From contig DASYAO010000147.1 in NCBI GenBank assembly GCA_036501285.1, positions 1,545-65,544 on the forward strand: a stretch of DNA of 64,000 nucleotides, read 5' to 3'. A program made the translations under genes and the position numbers. This DNA is from Gaiellaceae bacterium. Its GTDB lineage: Bacteria; Actinomycetota; Thermoleophilia; Gaiellales; Gaiellaceae. The first letter of the stretch is position 1; each line of letters starts with the position of its first letter. The notes below the pieces were generated by a model, which saw nothing but the letters and a program-made list of their open reading frames with translations, was not told the DNA's origin and did not search any database. Shown one piece after another: positions 1 through 9,222 of this stretch.

Positions 1-3000
1 GTCGTGCACGTCGCTGTGCCGGCCGAGATCGCCACGTTCGTGCACGAGGCGATCGGAGCGCCGCCGTCGAGGAAGCTGACACTGCCGGTGCTCGGTGCCA
101 GCGCAGCCGTGACCGGCGTGACCGTCGCCGTGTAGGTCACCTGCTGCCCCGACGCAGCGACGGCGATCGATGACGTGATGGCAGTCGTCGTCGCCACCGG
201 CTGGACGGTGACACTGCTGTCCGCGTAGTCGTAGACGACGCTGAAGCCCTTGTCGGCGAGGCCGTCGCAACCGCTGACGGGATAGCTGCCGACGTCGCTC
301 GTGCTGGTCGCCGTGGTCGTACACGTGAGCGTTCCCGTGACATTCGCGGCCTCGCTCGACGGCGAGAAGCCAAGCACCGAGCTCGACGCCGAGAGTCCCG
401 CGAGCGTCTTGGTCGGATCCATGCCGTAGACGCTCGTCGTCTTCACCGTTACGGAGAGAAGGGGCGTCGTCATGATGTCGCCGCTGCTCGCGGTTCCCAT
501 GAAGCAGCGCAGAGAGCTGCAGGCGGCGGCGTTGATCGCCGTGATGCCTGTCGGTCCGGCGTTGAGCGCCGTCGTGGGGCCACTCAGCGGATTGCCTTGC
601 TGCGTCCACGTCGCGCCGCCGTCGGTGGTCGTGACGATGGTGCCGATCGCGCCGCCGGCGAAGCAGTTGGACGCGTCGAGGCAGCTGATGCCGGTCAGAG
701 CCTGCGGGCTGTTACTCGCCTGCAGAGCCCAGGTCGAGCCGTCTGTCGTCTTGAGGATGACACCCGGGCTCCCGGCGCCGGCCGCGTAGCACGTCGTCGA
801 CGGGCAACTGACCGCGCTGAGCGCCGTGGTGACACCGCTCGTCTCGGCCGACCAGGTCGAACCGCCGTTCGCCGTTCCGAGGATCGTCCCGCCTCCGCCG
901 ACCGCGGTACACGTCGTTGCGGAAGAGCACGAGACGCCGGTAAGCGACTGCGTCGTCCCGCTGGTGCCCGTCTGCCACGTCGAGCCGTCGGTCGTGAACC
1001 GAGCGGTTCCGGCGGCGCCGACCGCGACGCAGGTCGTCGCGGACGAGCACGAGACGCCTGTGAGACTGCTCGTCGAGTTGCTCGTCTGCGGCAGCCAGGT
1101 CTGGCCGCCGTTCGTCGTCGCGAGAATCACGCCTTGCACGCCGCTCGCGGCGTTCCCGACCGCGAAGCAGGTGCCGACCGACGGGCAGGAGACGGCGTTC
1201 ATCTGCTGCGTCGTCCCACCGCCGGCCTGCTGCGTCCAGCTCGTCAGGTTCGTGGTGCCGAGTGTGACGCCCTGCTTGCCGGCGATGTAGCAGGTCGAGC
1301 CGGCAGGGCAGGCGATGCTCGCGAGGTAGACGCCGCCGCCGTTACCGGTCGTGGGCGTCCACGTCCCGCCGCTCAGGACGTCAACCGTTCCGCCTTGTCC
1401 CGTGGCGATACACGAGTTCGTGGTCTGACACTCGATCCCGCTGAGCGAGTTCGTGGTGTTGCTGACCATCTTCGACCACGTCGTGAGGTCGGTCGTCTCG
1501 ACGATGGCTCCGCCGCGGCCGACTGCGTAGCAGGTGTGCGTGCCGGCGAGGCACGACACGCCGTTCAGAAAGTCACCGCTGCCGGCGTTGCTCGTGTCGA
1601 GCGTCCACGTGGCACCGCCGTCGTTCGTGACGACGATCGGCGGGTCGGTGCCGGTCGGCGGGAAGCCGCCGACGGCAACACAGGTGTTCGCATCCACGCA
1701 CGACGCACCGAAGAGGCCGGCGAACGGATTTGGACCGCCGGAGCCTGGGACGTTGATGCCGGGCGTCGTGACCGGCGTCTTCTGCCAAGTCCAGCTGTCG
1801 CCGCTGTTCGTCGTCTTGAGGATGTGCGCGTAGACGTCGGTCGTGTAGCACGTCGACGTGTTCGGACACGTGAGGCCGTAGATCGGATTCCCGTCGGGGT
1901 TGCCGCCGGGCGAACCCAACGTTGCGCTGCTTGTGGCTCCGACGTACGACCAGGTCTGCCCGCCGTCCGCCGACTTGATCACGATGCCGCGGTCGCCGGC
2001 CGCGTAGCAAACGCTGCTACTCGGACACGTGACCTGCGTCAGCGCTTTGCTCGTCGGGCTTGCGACGGCCGACCACGTGGCGCCGCCGTCTCCTGTCGTC
2101 TTGATCACGCCACCGTCGCCGACCTCGACGCACGAGGTCGTGCTCGTGCACGCGATCGCGAGCATGTCGCTGTTCGACGGAACCCAGGTGGCGCCGCCGT
2201 CCGTCGTCTTGAAGAACGTGTTCACAGCGCCCCAGGAGCCGCCGGGAAGGAATTTCGCGGGCCACGGCGTACCGCCCGACGCCGCACCGACCGCATAGCC
2301 GACCGAGGCGGACGGGAACGAGAGGCCACGCTCAGACGAGTTGCTCGGTGTCTTGGCGCAGTTCCAGCTGTAGTTCGGCGAGAGCGAGCTCGGCGCAGTC
2401 AAGTTCGTCGCACCAAGTGCGATCGCGTAGCCGGTCGCGTAGTTGAGCCAGTCGGGCGCTCCCCAACCGGTCGCCTGGTCCCAGCCGGGCTGCGCCGCGT
2501 CACCGTCCGGCCCGGACGACGGGCTCGCCGTGTTCCCGCACAGGACGTCCCGGAAGTAGCTCGAGGAGTTCGGGCTGTTCCCGAGCTGGTACATCACCGG
2601 CGCCTCGAAGCCGATCTGCGGCCTCACGCCCGGATAGCTCTGGGCGGCGAGGAAGTTCTCGGTCACGGCTTCGAGACCATTGAGCTCCGGTGCAGCCACG
2701 CTCGTGCCGCCGACGCCGCCACTCTGGACGCTTGTCGTGCTTCTGGTCGACACGAACAACACGGATGAGTTCGTATCCGCGACCGCCGAGATGTCGGGAC
2801 CCGCGCGTCCCGGGCACGACGCGCTTGCAGCCACGCCTGCACCCGACTGCCAGGACGGCCGCGCGAAGATGTTCGAGCACCAGCTGCCGCCGGCAGCCCA
2901 GGTGTCCTCGGTGCTGAGCGCAGCCGGCGTCGGGTTGCCCGCCGTGCTGGCCGTGGTCGAGAAGAGGGTCGTGCCGCCGACCGAGACGACGTACGGACTG

Positions 3001-4409
3001 TCGGTCGGGAAGCCGGATTGGTAGGTGCCGTTGTCGCCGGTCGAGAAGTAGAACGTTGTTCCGGCGGCAGCCGCGATCTGGAGGCTGTTCTCGACCGCCA
3101 CGGCGAAGGGATCGGTTGCGCCCCACTCAGCGTCGCCACCGTAGCCCCAGCTGTTCGACACGGAATGAAGCGTCGGGTCGTTGGCCGCGTCTTCGACTGC
3201 GTCCTCGAGGCCGACGTCGCTGCCGTTGCAGCTGCTGCCGTTCGCAAGGCCGCCGCCGGGGATCGTCGTCGTCGAGCAGTCGGCGTCGTAGTACTTCATG
3301 CCGGCATGCGTTGCGATGCCATGCGCCTGCTCGATGTCGAGCGCCGTCTCGACGTTGCTGCCGAAGTTGTCGTTCGTGTTGCCGTTCTCGAGGATCGTCA
3401 TCAGCTGATCGGCGCCGACCTGCTGCTGGGTGCAAGCGCTCGGCGTCGTCGGACTGTTGTTGGTCGCGACGCAGGGCGGTATCACGGTGATCAGCTGGTC
3501 GCCGGTTGTCGCGGCGAACCGCGTCATCGCGGGCTGCGTCTCGCCGGCGCCCCACAGCGTGAAGCCGAGCGTCTGCCCGGTTCCGTCGAAGCCGTGACCG
3601 GAAACGTCGTACATCGACCGGACGTCCGTCGGGAAATAGCCGCCGGAACGCACGTCGACGCAGAGCGGGCTGATCGGGTTGTCGTCGCCCTCGTCGTCGC
3701 CGCAGTCCGCGCCCGCGGGGATCACGTGACGCGAAGTGCTTTTCAGCGTCCCCTTGTCGTTCGCCTTCGAAATCTGCGCGTCGGTGAAGAAGCGGTCGAC
3801 GTTGCTGAGACCGCTGATCGTCTGCAGGCCGAGATTGGTCGGCAGGATCGGATCGGTCGTATTCGAGTAGAAGACGAACGGCTTTACCTTGACGCCGTCG
3901 TACGTGAGCCCAGGGCTGATGTAATCGTTGATCTTGACGTGGAGGGCACGTTCGACCTGTGCGGTGGTCGCTGTCGCGGTCACCGCAAGACGGTCGAGGC
4001 CGACGTGCGTGATGCGAAATCCGCTCGACGAGAGCCAGTGCTCGAGCGCGGAGACCTGCGCGGGCGCCGGCGAGAACCGCGCGTAGAGCTCCGACCTGCT
4101 CAGGTAGACGTGGGTACGTCCCTCGAGCGCGATCAGGTTGTCGAGCGTCTTCGCGTTGGGGATCGGAAGGCCGAAGTTCAGCGACATCTTCGCGGAGGCG
4201 GGTGCGGGCCGCAGGAACGGCGCCTTGCTGCCGCCCACCTCGAGCGGGACCTCTCCCGTGAGCTCGACAGTTCCGGACGCGTGTTCGGCGGGCCACAAGG
4301 CGCGAGGCGCGGCATGCCGCGACGGCGTCGACGTCGTGACGGCGAAGGCGAACAAGCCTCCAACTCCTGTGAGCGCCACGATCAGCGCCGCGACCCGTGT
4401 CCTATTCAT
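1..4409 (-). CDS. Secreted S53 (sedolisin/kumamolisin-type) serine-carboxyl peptidase fused to a multi-blade propeller and MBG-like and Ig-like C-terminal modules. The 3' end runs off the window (at least 1469 codons).
   Basis: Missing from the ORF track because the frame leaves the left edge. Hand translation from ATG 4409 (SD AAGGGGAGGG 7 nt upstream) gives MNRTRVAALIVALTGVGGLFAFAVTTSTPSRHAAP..., a signal peptide. A pro-kumamolisin-like activation region follows. Sedolisin motifs are NVETALDIEQAH (Glu/Asp) and SGGVGGTSVAAPELNG (catalytic Ser, about nt 2660-2710, verified codon by codon). Downstream are TTDGGATW-type blades, VYGMDP...SDVGSYPVSG...VVYDYADSSVTV (MBG-like) and QQVTYTATVTP...GSVSFLDGG (Ig-like). 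The frame is open down to nt 3. Confidence 0.8.
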   Translation of the reverse strand, partial: MNRTRVAALIVALTGVGGLFAFAVTTSTPSRHAAPRALWPAEHASGTVELTGEVPLEVGGSKAPFLRPAPASAKMSLNFGLPIPNAKTLDNLIALEGRTHVYLSRSELYARFSPAPAQVSALEHWLSSSGFRITHVGLDRLAVTATATTAQVERALHVKINDYISPGLTYDGVKVKPFVFYSNTTDPILPTNLGLQTISGLSNVDRFFTDAQISKANDKGTLKSTSRHVIPAGADCGDDEGDDNPISPLCVDVRSGGYFPTDVRSMYDVSGHGFDGTGQTLGFTLWGAGETQPAMTRFAATTGDQLITVIPPCVATNNSPTTPSACTQQQVGADQLMTILENGNTNDNFGSNVETALDIEQAHGIATHAGMKYYDADCSTTTIPGGGLANGSSCNGSDVGLEDAVEDAANDPTLHSVSNSWGYGGDAEWGATDPFAVAVENSLQIAAAAGTTFYFSTGDNGTYQSGFPTDSPYVVSVGGTTLFSTTASTAGNPTPAALSTEDTWAAGGSWCSNIFARPSWQSGAGVAASASCPGRAGPDISAVADTNSSVLFVSTRSTTSVQSGGVGGTSVAAPELNGLEAVTENFLAAQSYPGVRPQIGFEAPVMYQLGNSPNSSSYFRDVLCGNTASPSSGPDGDAAQPGWDQATGWGAPDWLNYATGYAIALGATNLTAPSSLSPNYSWNCAKTPSNSSERGLSFPSASVGYAVGAASGGTPWPAKFLPGGSWGAVNTFFKTTDGGATWVPSNSDMLAIACTSTTSCVEVGDGGVIKTTGDGGATWSAVASPTSKALTQVTCPSSSVCYAAGDRGIVIKSADGGQTWSYVGATSSATLGSPGGNPDGNPIYGLTCPNTSTCYTTDVYAHILKTTNSGDSWTWQKTPVTTPGINVPGSGGPNPFAGLFGASCVDANTCVAVGGFPPTGTDPPIVVTNDGGATWTLDTSNAGSGDFLNGVSCLAGTHTCYAVGRGGAIVETTDLTTWSKMVSNTTNSLSGIECQTTNSCIATGQGGTVDVLSGGTWTPTTGNGGGVYLASIACPAGSTCYIAGKQGVTLGTTNLTSWTQQAGGGTTQQMNAVSCPSVGTCFAVGNAASGVQGVILATTNGGQTWLPQTSNSTSSLTGVSCSSATTCVAVGAAGTARFTTDGSTWQTGTSGTTQSLTGVSCSSATTCTAVGGGGTILGTANGGSTWSAETSGVTTALSAVSCPSTTCYAAGAGSPGVILKTTDGSTWALQASNSPQALTGISCLDASNCFAGGAIGTIVTTTDGGATWTQQGNPLSGPTTALNAGPTGITAINAAACSSLRCFMGTASSGDIMTTPLLSVTVKTTSVYGMDPTKTLAGLSASSSVLGFSPSSEAANVTGTLTCTTTATSTSDVGSYPVSGCDGLADKGFSVVYDYADSSVTVQPVATTTAITSSIAVAASGQQVTYTATVTPVTAALAPSTGSVSFLDGGAPIASCTNVAISAGTATCT
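500..2260 (-). repeat. 13-14 tandem propeller-blade repeats of about 40-45 aa, each with a Cys pair and a BNR/Ycf48-like T-T-D-G-G-x-T-W motif, inside the S53 gene
   Basis: Hand translation shows recurring units such as LTGVSCSSATTCVAVGAAGTARFTTDGSTWQTGTSGTTQS, LTGVSCSSATTCTAVGGGGTILGTANGGSTWSAETSGVTTA and LSAVSCPSTTCYAAGAGSPGVILKTTDGSTW. Counting TW-ending motifs gives 13 clear blades. Confidence 0.6.
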
Positions 4410-4657
4410 GCCCAGACCCTCCCCTTGTCGTGATGAATGTTCGATCGCGGACGCGGCTCCGCACGAGCCGCGATCAACCGGCTACTTCTGTTCGAGCCCT
4501 GCTTCCGTCAGCGAGGCATCGCTCCGTTCGCGGGCGAGCGAACTTGGAACAAAGAGCAGCGCAAGGAGGATGGACGCGGTGACGGCAAGCCGCATGGATG
4601 GACAGCATCGAACAAACTGCCCACCCATGTCAATGGGCCGGCCGGTCCCGAGAACGG

Positions 4658-5734
4658 CTAACCGGTCGCGATGAAGCCGAAGAGGCCGTGCGTCTCGCCG
4701 GACGGCCCAGCGAGGAAGTAGAGGCTGTTCGTCGGCCCGGAGGACGCGCCGTTGCCGAAGCCGAGCGCCCACAGCCCGTCGATCGTGATCGGCGTGCCGC
4801 CTGCGACCCGAAGCTGGCCCTTGTAGACCCACTTGCCGCTCGCGAGCTGCTGATAGGCGCTGATGCGCCCGTTGCCGAAGTTCCCGACCAGGAGGTCGCC
4901 GCTGAAGGCGCCGAAGTTCGACGGTGCGAGGGCGAGGCCCCAGGGGGTATTGAGCGGAGCGTGAGCGTTGCCCTTCGAGGCGACCCGGGTCACGAGTGCG
5001 CCGTCCGGCGTGAACTCGTCGACGTAGCCGAGCCCGCCGCCCGGGACGCTGTCCGCCTTCGCCTTGTCCTGTTCGGCGTAGGTGACGAACAGGTTGTTGC
5101 CGAGCGCCTGGATCCCGAACGGCGCCCAGCCCTTCGGGAGCTTCGGATCGCTGAAGGCGAGCGACACCGGCTTGAACCCGGCGTCGTAGGCGTCGACGCG
5201 GCCATTATGGAAATCGGCTGCGTAGAGACGGTCGTTCGTCGTCGCGAGACCGGTGTACTCGGCGTGCCCTGCCGAGTTGTCGACGGCGACGATCGCGGCC
5301 GTGCCGTTCACGGTCGGCGTCCACCCGAGGATCTGTCCCGCTTCGTTCGCGAAGAGGAACCGCGACGCCCCGCTGACGCCGTTCTGGCTGACGGCGAAGT
5401 CGGTGGTGCTCGTGTTCGCAACCATCCCTGTCGGTCCGCCCGGCACGGTGACGGTCAGCGCGGTCTTCGAGCCGACGCCGCTGTAGAGCGTCGAGCTGTT
5501 CGTCTTGTTGTCCGAGGCCCACCAGGGCGACGTCGCGCTCGCGCTGAGCCCCCAGCCGTTGACGAGCGACGCATCGCCGAGCGGCGCCGAAACGGCCGCG
5601 CTGTCGGAGACGAGTGGATAGACGTTGTACGCGACGAGAGTTCCCGATGTCGCGCCGGCCGCGGCCAGCACGAGCGAAGTGGCAGTCGCGATCACGCTGC
5701 ATGCGAGAAGCATGCGCCAAGACACCGATCCCAT
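4658..5734 (-). CDS. Secreted TIGR03118-family protein (NHL-like beta-propeller, function unknown)
   Basis: The ORF track frame is 4658..5839. I prefer ATG 5734, which has SD GGGGTGAGGAA directly upstream and starts a signal peptide, MGSVSWRMLLACSVIATATSLVLAAAG. Family-typical strings are LVSDSAAVSAPLGDASLVNGWGLSASATSPWWASDNKTNSSTLYSG and LYAADFHNGRVDAYD. Confidence 0.65.
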   Translation of the reverse strand: MGSVSWRMLLACSVIATATSLVLAAAGATSGTLVAYNVYPLVSDSAAVSAPLGDASLVNGWGLSASATSPWWASDNKTNSSTLYSGVGSKTALTVTVPGGPTGMVANTSTTDFAVSQNGVSGASRFLFANEAGQILGWTPTVNGTAAIVAVDNSAGHAEYTGLATTNDRLYAADFHNGRVDAYDAGFKPVSLAFSDPKLPKGWAPFGIQALGNNLFVTYAEQDKAKADSVPGGGLGYVDEFTPDGALVTRVASKGNAHAPLNTPWGLALAPSNFGAFSGDLLVGNFGNGRISAYQQLASGKWVYKGQLRVAGGTPITIDGLWALGFGNGASSGPTNSLYFLAGPSGETHGLFGFIATG

Positions 5735-5804
5735 TTCCTCACCCCCGAAGCTGAAGACTGTTTGTCGTGTGCCACTACGGGGCGCGACCGGCGATCGGTT
5801 TTCT

Positions 5805-7163
5805 CTAGACGATCTGCTCCCAGGCTTCGGTGAACACATCGCCGAGAATCCGGACGATTTCCTCGAACTCCGCGACTCCGGCGACGAGCGGCGGCGAGAT
5901 CTGCACGACCGGGTCGCCGCGGTCGTCGGAGCGGCAGATCAGCCCGCGCTCGAACAAGCGCCCCGACAGGAAGCCGCGAAGCAACGTTTCCGACTCCTCC
6001 TCGGTGAAGCTCTCGCGCGTCTCGCGGTTCTTGACGAGCTCGATGGCCCAGAAGTAGCCGCAACCGCGGAGGTCACCCACGATCGGCAGGTCGAGCAGCG
6101 TCGCGAGGATCTCGCGCACGCGCGACTCGTTCTCGCGCACGTTTTCGACCACGCGCTCGCGCTTCATGATCTCGAGGTTCTTCAGTGCGATCGCCGCCTG
6201 CACCGGATGGCCGCCGAAAGTGATCCCGTGCGAGTACATCGCGCTCCCGTCGAGGAACGGCTCGATCACCCGGTCGCTCGCGATCACCGCCCCGATTGCC
6301 GCGTACGCCGACGACATCCCCTTCGCGCAGGTGATCAGGTCGGGCTGGATGTCATAGCGCTCGGAGCCGAACCAGTGGCCGAGCCTGCCGAAGCCCGTGA
6401 TCACCTCGTCGGCGCAAAGCAGGATTCCGAAGCGATCGCAGATCTCGCGGACGCCCGCGAAGTACCCCTCAGGCGGCGTGTAGGCGCCACCGGCGTTCTG
6501 CACCGGCTCCATGATCACCATCGCCACCGTCTCGGGCCCCGCCTGCTCGATCGCGCTCTCGAGATCGTCGAGCAGGAACGCGACGAACTCAGCCTCGCTC
6601 TCGTCGGGGGGCCGGTGGTAGCGATTCGTGTTGCGCACGTGGATCGCGTCGGGAACGAGCGGCTCGAACGGCGCCCGCAGGGCGGCGATGCCGTTGATCG
6701 AGAGCGCGCCGAGCGTTGTTCCGTGGTACGCGACGCGCCGTCCGACCGCCTTCCAGCGGCGCTCGCCGCGCGAGGAGTGATACTGGCGCGCGAGCTTCCA
6801 GGCCGACTCGACCGCCTCGGAGCCGCCGTTGACGAAGAAGACGCGGTTGAGATCGCCGGGCGCAAGCGATGCGAGCTCGGCCGCGAGCTCGATCGCGCGC
6901 GGATGAGCGTACGACCAGTTCGTGTAGAACGGCAGCTCGCGCATCTGCTCGTGCGCCGCGCGGCCGACCTCGTCGCCGTACGAGTAGCCGATCTGCACCG
7001 CGAAGAGACCGGCGAGGCCGTCGAGGTATCGCTTGCCGTTCGAGTCCTCGAGGTAGCACCCGTCGCCGCGCACGATGATCGGCACGTCCGCGTCCTTGTA
7101 CGCGCTCATGCGCGCGAAGTGGAGCCAGAGATGGTCCTTTGCGGCTTGCTGGAGATCGATCAC
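5805..7163 (-). CDS. Class III (omega-type) pyridoxal-phosphate aminotransferase
   Basis: 452 aa. Motifs: MIDLQQAAKDHLWLHF..., FFVNGGSEAVESAWKLAR, ADEVITGFGRLGHWFG and ITCAKGMSSAYAAIGAV (PLP lysine context). The start overlaps the upstream stop by 4 nt (7160-7163). Confidence 0.85.
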   Translation of the reverse strand: MIDLQQAAKDHLWLHFARMSAYKDADVPIIVRGDGCYLEDSNGKRYLDGLAGLFAVQIGYSYGDEVGRAAHEQMRELPFYTNWSYAHPRAIELAAELASLAPGDLNRVFFVNGGSEAVESAWKLARQYHSSRGERRWKAVGRRVAYHGTTLGALSINGIAALRAPFEPLVPDAIHVRNTNRYHRPPDESEAEFVAFLLDDLESAIEQAGPETVAMVIMEPVQNAGGAYTPPEGYFAGVREICDRFGILLCADEVITGFGRLGHWFGSERYDIQPDLITCAKGMSSAYAAIGAVIASDRVIEPFLDGSAMYSHGITFGGHPVQAAIALKNLEIMKRERVVENVRENESRVREILATLLDLPIVGDLRGCGYFWAIELVKNRETRESFTEEESETLLRGFLSGRLFERGLICRSDDRGDPVVQISPPLVAGVAEFEEIVRILGDVFTEAWEQIV

Positions 7164-8014
7164 GCGAGCAGCCTACGCGCCTGGTCGTAGTAGGGCTTGT
7201 CGACGAACTCGCCGTCGACGGTGATCGCGCCCTGGCCGGCTGCGATCGCCGCCTCGTACTCGGCAACCACGCGCCGTGCCCGCTCGAGCTCCGCCTCGGT
7301 CGGCGTGAAGACCTCGTTCAGAATCGGCACCTGATTCGGGTGGATGCACGGCGAGCCGCGCAGGCCGAGCGCGCGCGACCGCACGGCCTCGCCGCGGAAT
7401 GCGTCGGGGTCGGCGAGCTGGGCAATCGTCGAGACGAGCCCAAGCGGCAACACGCCCGCCGCGACGGCGGCGTTCACGACGTGGAAGCTCGCGATCACGT
7501 TGCCGTCGTCGCCCGCAGCCATGCCGGTCTCGAGCGTGTAGTCGGACGAGCCGAGGCCGACGCCGACGATGCGCGGATGCGCGGACGCGATCTCAGCCGC
7601 GACGAGCACTCCCTTGGCGGTTTCGATGCGCGCGACGAACGCGGTGTGGCCGAGCGCGAGCCCGCGCTCGGTCTCGACGTCGGCGACGACATCGGCGATC
7701 GCGCGGACGTGCTCGGCCGAGTCGACCTTCGGCAGGAAAAGCGCGCAGACGTCCGGTCCGACCGCCTCCTCGATGTCGCGCACCGCAAGCCGCCACGGCC
7801 GGTTGATCCGCACGAGGACGTCGGCGCCGTCCTGGCCGACGACCTTCGCCGCCTCGGCAACGTGGCTGCGTGCACGCTCTTTCTCCGACGGTGCGACCGC
7901 GTCCTCGAGGTCGAGGATGATCGCGTCGGCTCCGCGCGTATGCGCCTTCTCGACGAACCGGTCGGCAGTAGCCGGGACGTAGAGCAGCGAGCGCCAGCGT
8001 GGCAGTCGGGTCAA
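7160..8014 (-). CDS. HpcH/HpaI aldolase / citrate-lyase beta (CitE)-like acyl-CoA lyase
   Basis: 284 aa. MTRLPRWRSLLYVPATADRFVEKAHTRGADAIILDLEDAV is the canonical CitE N-terminus. There is a 4-nt overlap with the CoA-transferase stop. Confidence 0.8.
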   Translation of the reverse strand: MTRLPRWRSLLYVPATADRFVEKAHTRGADAIILDLEDAVAPSEKERARSHVAEAAKVVGQDGADVLVRINRPWRLAVRDIEEAVGPDVCALFLPKVDSAEHVRAIADVVADVETERGLALGHTAFVARIETAKGVLVAAEIASAHPRIVGVGLGSSDYTLETGMAAGDDGNVIASFHVVNAAVAAGVLPLGLVSTIAQLADPDAFRGEAVRSRALGLRGSPCIHPNQVPILNEVFTPTEAELERARRVVAEYEAAIAAGQGAITVDGEFVDKPYYDQARRLLA

Positions 8015-9222
8015 ACGACGCCCTCGCGGGCGAGCTCGGCCGCGTCGAGGCCGAGCTCCGCGTAGACCTCGGCGTTGTGCTCTCCGAGCTTCGGGGCACG
8101 GAGCCGAATCGCGCCCGGCGTGCGCGACAGCCGGGGCACGACGTTCGTCAGCACCGTCCCGTCCTCCATCTGCACAACGCTCTCGCGTGCCCGGTAGTGC
8201 TCGTCTTCGAGGATGTCGACGATGTCGTAGACCGGGCCGACCGTGAGCCGGTGCTGCTCGGCGAGCTCCATCATCTCGTCGCGCGTGCGCGCGGCGAACT
8301 CCTCGGCGAGCGCCACGCCGAGCGCTGCGCGGTTCTCGTGACGCGCCGTCGCCGTCGCAAAGCGCTCGTCGTCGAGCAGGTCGAGCCGCCCGAGCGCCGT
8401 GAAGAAACGAAGAGCGGTCTCATCGGTCGCCGCCGAGACCGCAACCCAGTGACCGTCGGCCGTCTCGAAGACGCCGCGCACCGACGAGATGCCCGGCGAG
8501 TCGCCACGCGTGCGGCGCCGACCGTCGTGCGCATAGACGGTCGCATCGGCGCCCATGATCGAGAAGAGCGGCTCGAAGAGGGAGACGTCGACCACCTGAC
8601 CTTCGCCGCCGTTGACGCGAACCTCCCACAATGCCGCGAGCGCGGCCATCGCTGCGTAAGTGCCCGCGACGGTGTCGGCGAGCGAGAGCGGAGCCGGATG
8701 CGGCGGGCCGCCCTTCGGCCCGTTCAGGAACGTGAAGCCCGCGAACGCCTCGGCGAGCGTCCCGAAGCCGGGGTTCGTCGCGCGCGGCCCGGTCTGTCCC
8801 CAACCGGAGATGCGGACGACGACCAGTTTCGGGTTGCGCTCGAGGAGCGCCTCCGGTCCGCCGACGAGCCGCTCGAGCACGCGCGGCGCGAAGTTCTCGA
8901 CGAGCATGTCTGCGCCTTCGGCGAGCGAGAGCAGGATCTCGCGACCCCGCTCGTGCGCGAAGTCGAGCGTGATGCTGCGCTTGTTGCGCGCGTAGGTCCG
9001 CCAGTGCGCATCCGAGCCGCCGGAATGCCGGAACGGGTCGCCGGCACCCGGCCGCTCGACCTTGATCACATCGGCGCCGAGGTCGCCGAGTAGCACGCCG
9101 AGCTGTGCGCCCGAGACGAGCCGAGTCAGGTCGAGCACGCGAACGCCTGTGAGAGGACCTGCTTCGCCCTGCGCGTAGCGCTTCTGCGGCAGCGCCGCCG
9201 TCGGTGAGCTCGAGATCGTCAC
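8011..9222 (-). CDS. Family III (CaiB/BaiF) CoA-transferase
   Basis: Motif: GPLTGVRVLDLTRLVSGAQLGVLLGDLGADVIKVERPGAGDPFRH. The longest ORF starts at 9291. I prefer GTG 9222, which forms a GTGA overlap with the ABC ATPase stop (9219-9221) and gives about 403 aa, typical for the family. Confidence 0.75.
   Translation of the reverse strand: MTISSSPTAALPQKRYAQGEAGPLTGVRVLDLTRLVSGAQLGVLLGDLGADVIKVERPGAGDPFRHSGGSDAHWRTYARNKRSITLDFAHERGREILLSLAEGADMLVENFAPRVLERLVGGPEALLERNPKLVVVRISGWGQTGPRATNPGFGTLAEAFAGFTFLNGPKGGPPHPAPLSLADTVAGTYAAMAALAALWEVRVNGGEGQVVDVSLFEPLFSIMGADATVYAHDGRRRTRGDSPGISSVRGVFETADGHWVAVSAATDETALRFFTALGRLDLLDDERFATATARHENRAALGVALAEEFAARTRDEMMELAEQHRLTVGPVYDIVDILEDEHYRARESVVQMEDGTVLTNVVPRLSRTPGAIRLRAPKLGEHNAEVYAELGLDAAELAREGVV

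Noticed and set aside
597-4433. Track ORFs 597..2768 (+), 3018..4433 (+), 3127..4296 (-), 2500..3126 (-) and 2663..3247 (-)
   Set aside because: All are off-frame or antisense to the S53 peptidase gene, which has clear catalytic motifs in a different minus-strand frame. Their translations are Arg/Pro-rich with no recognisable domains.
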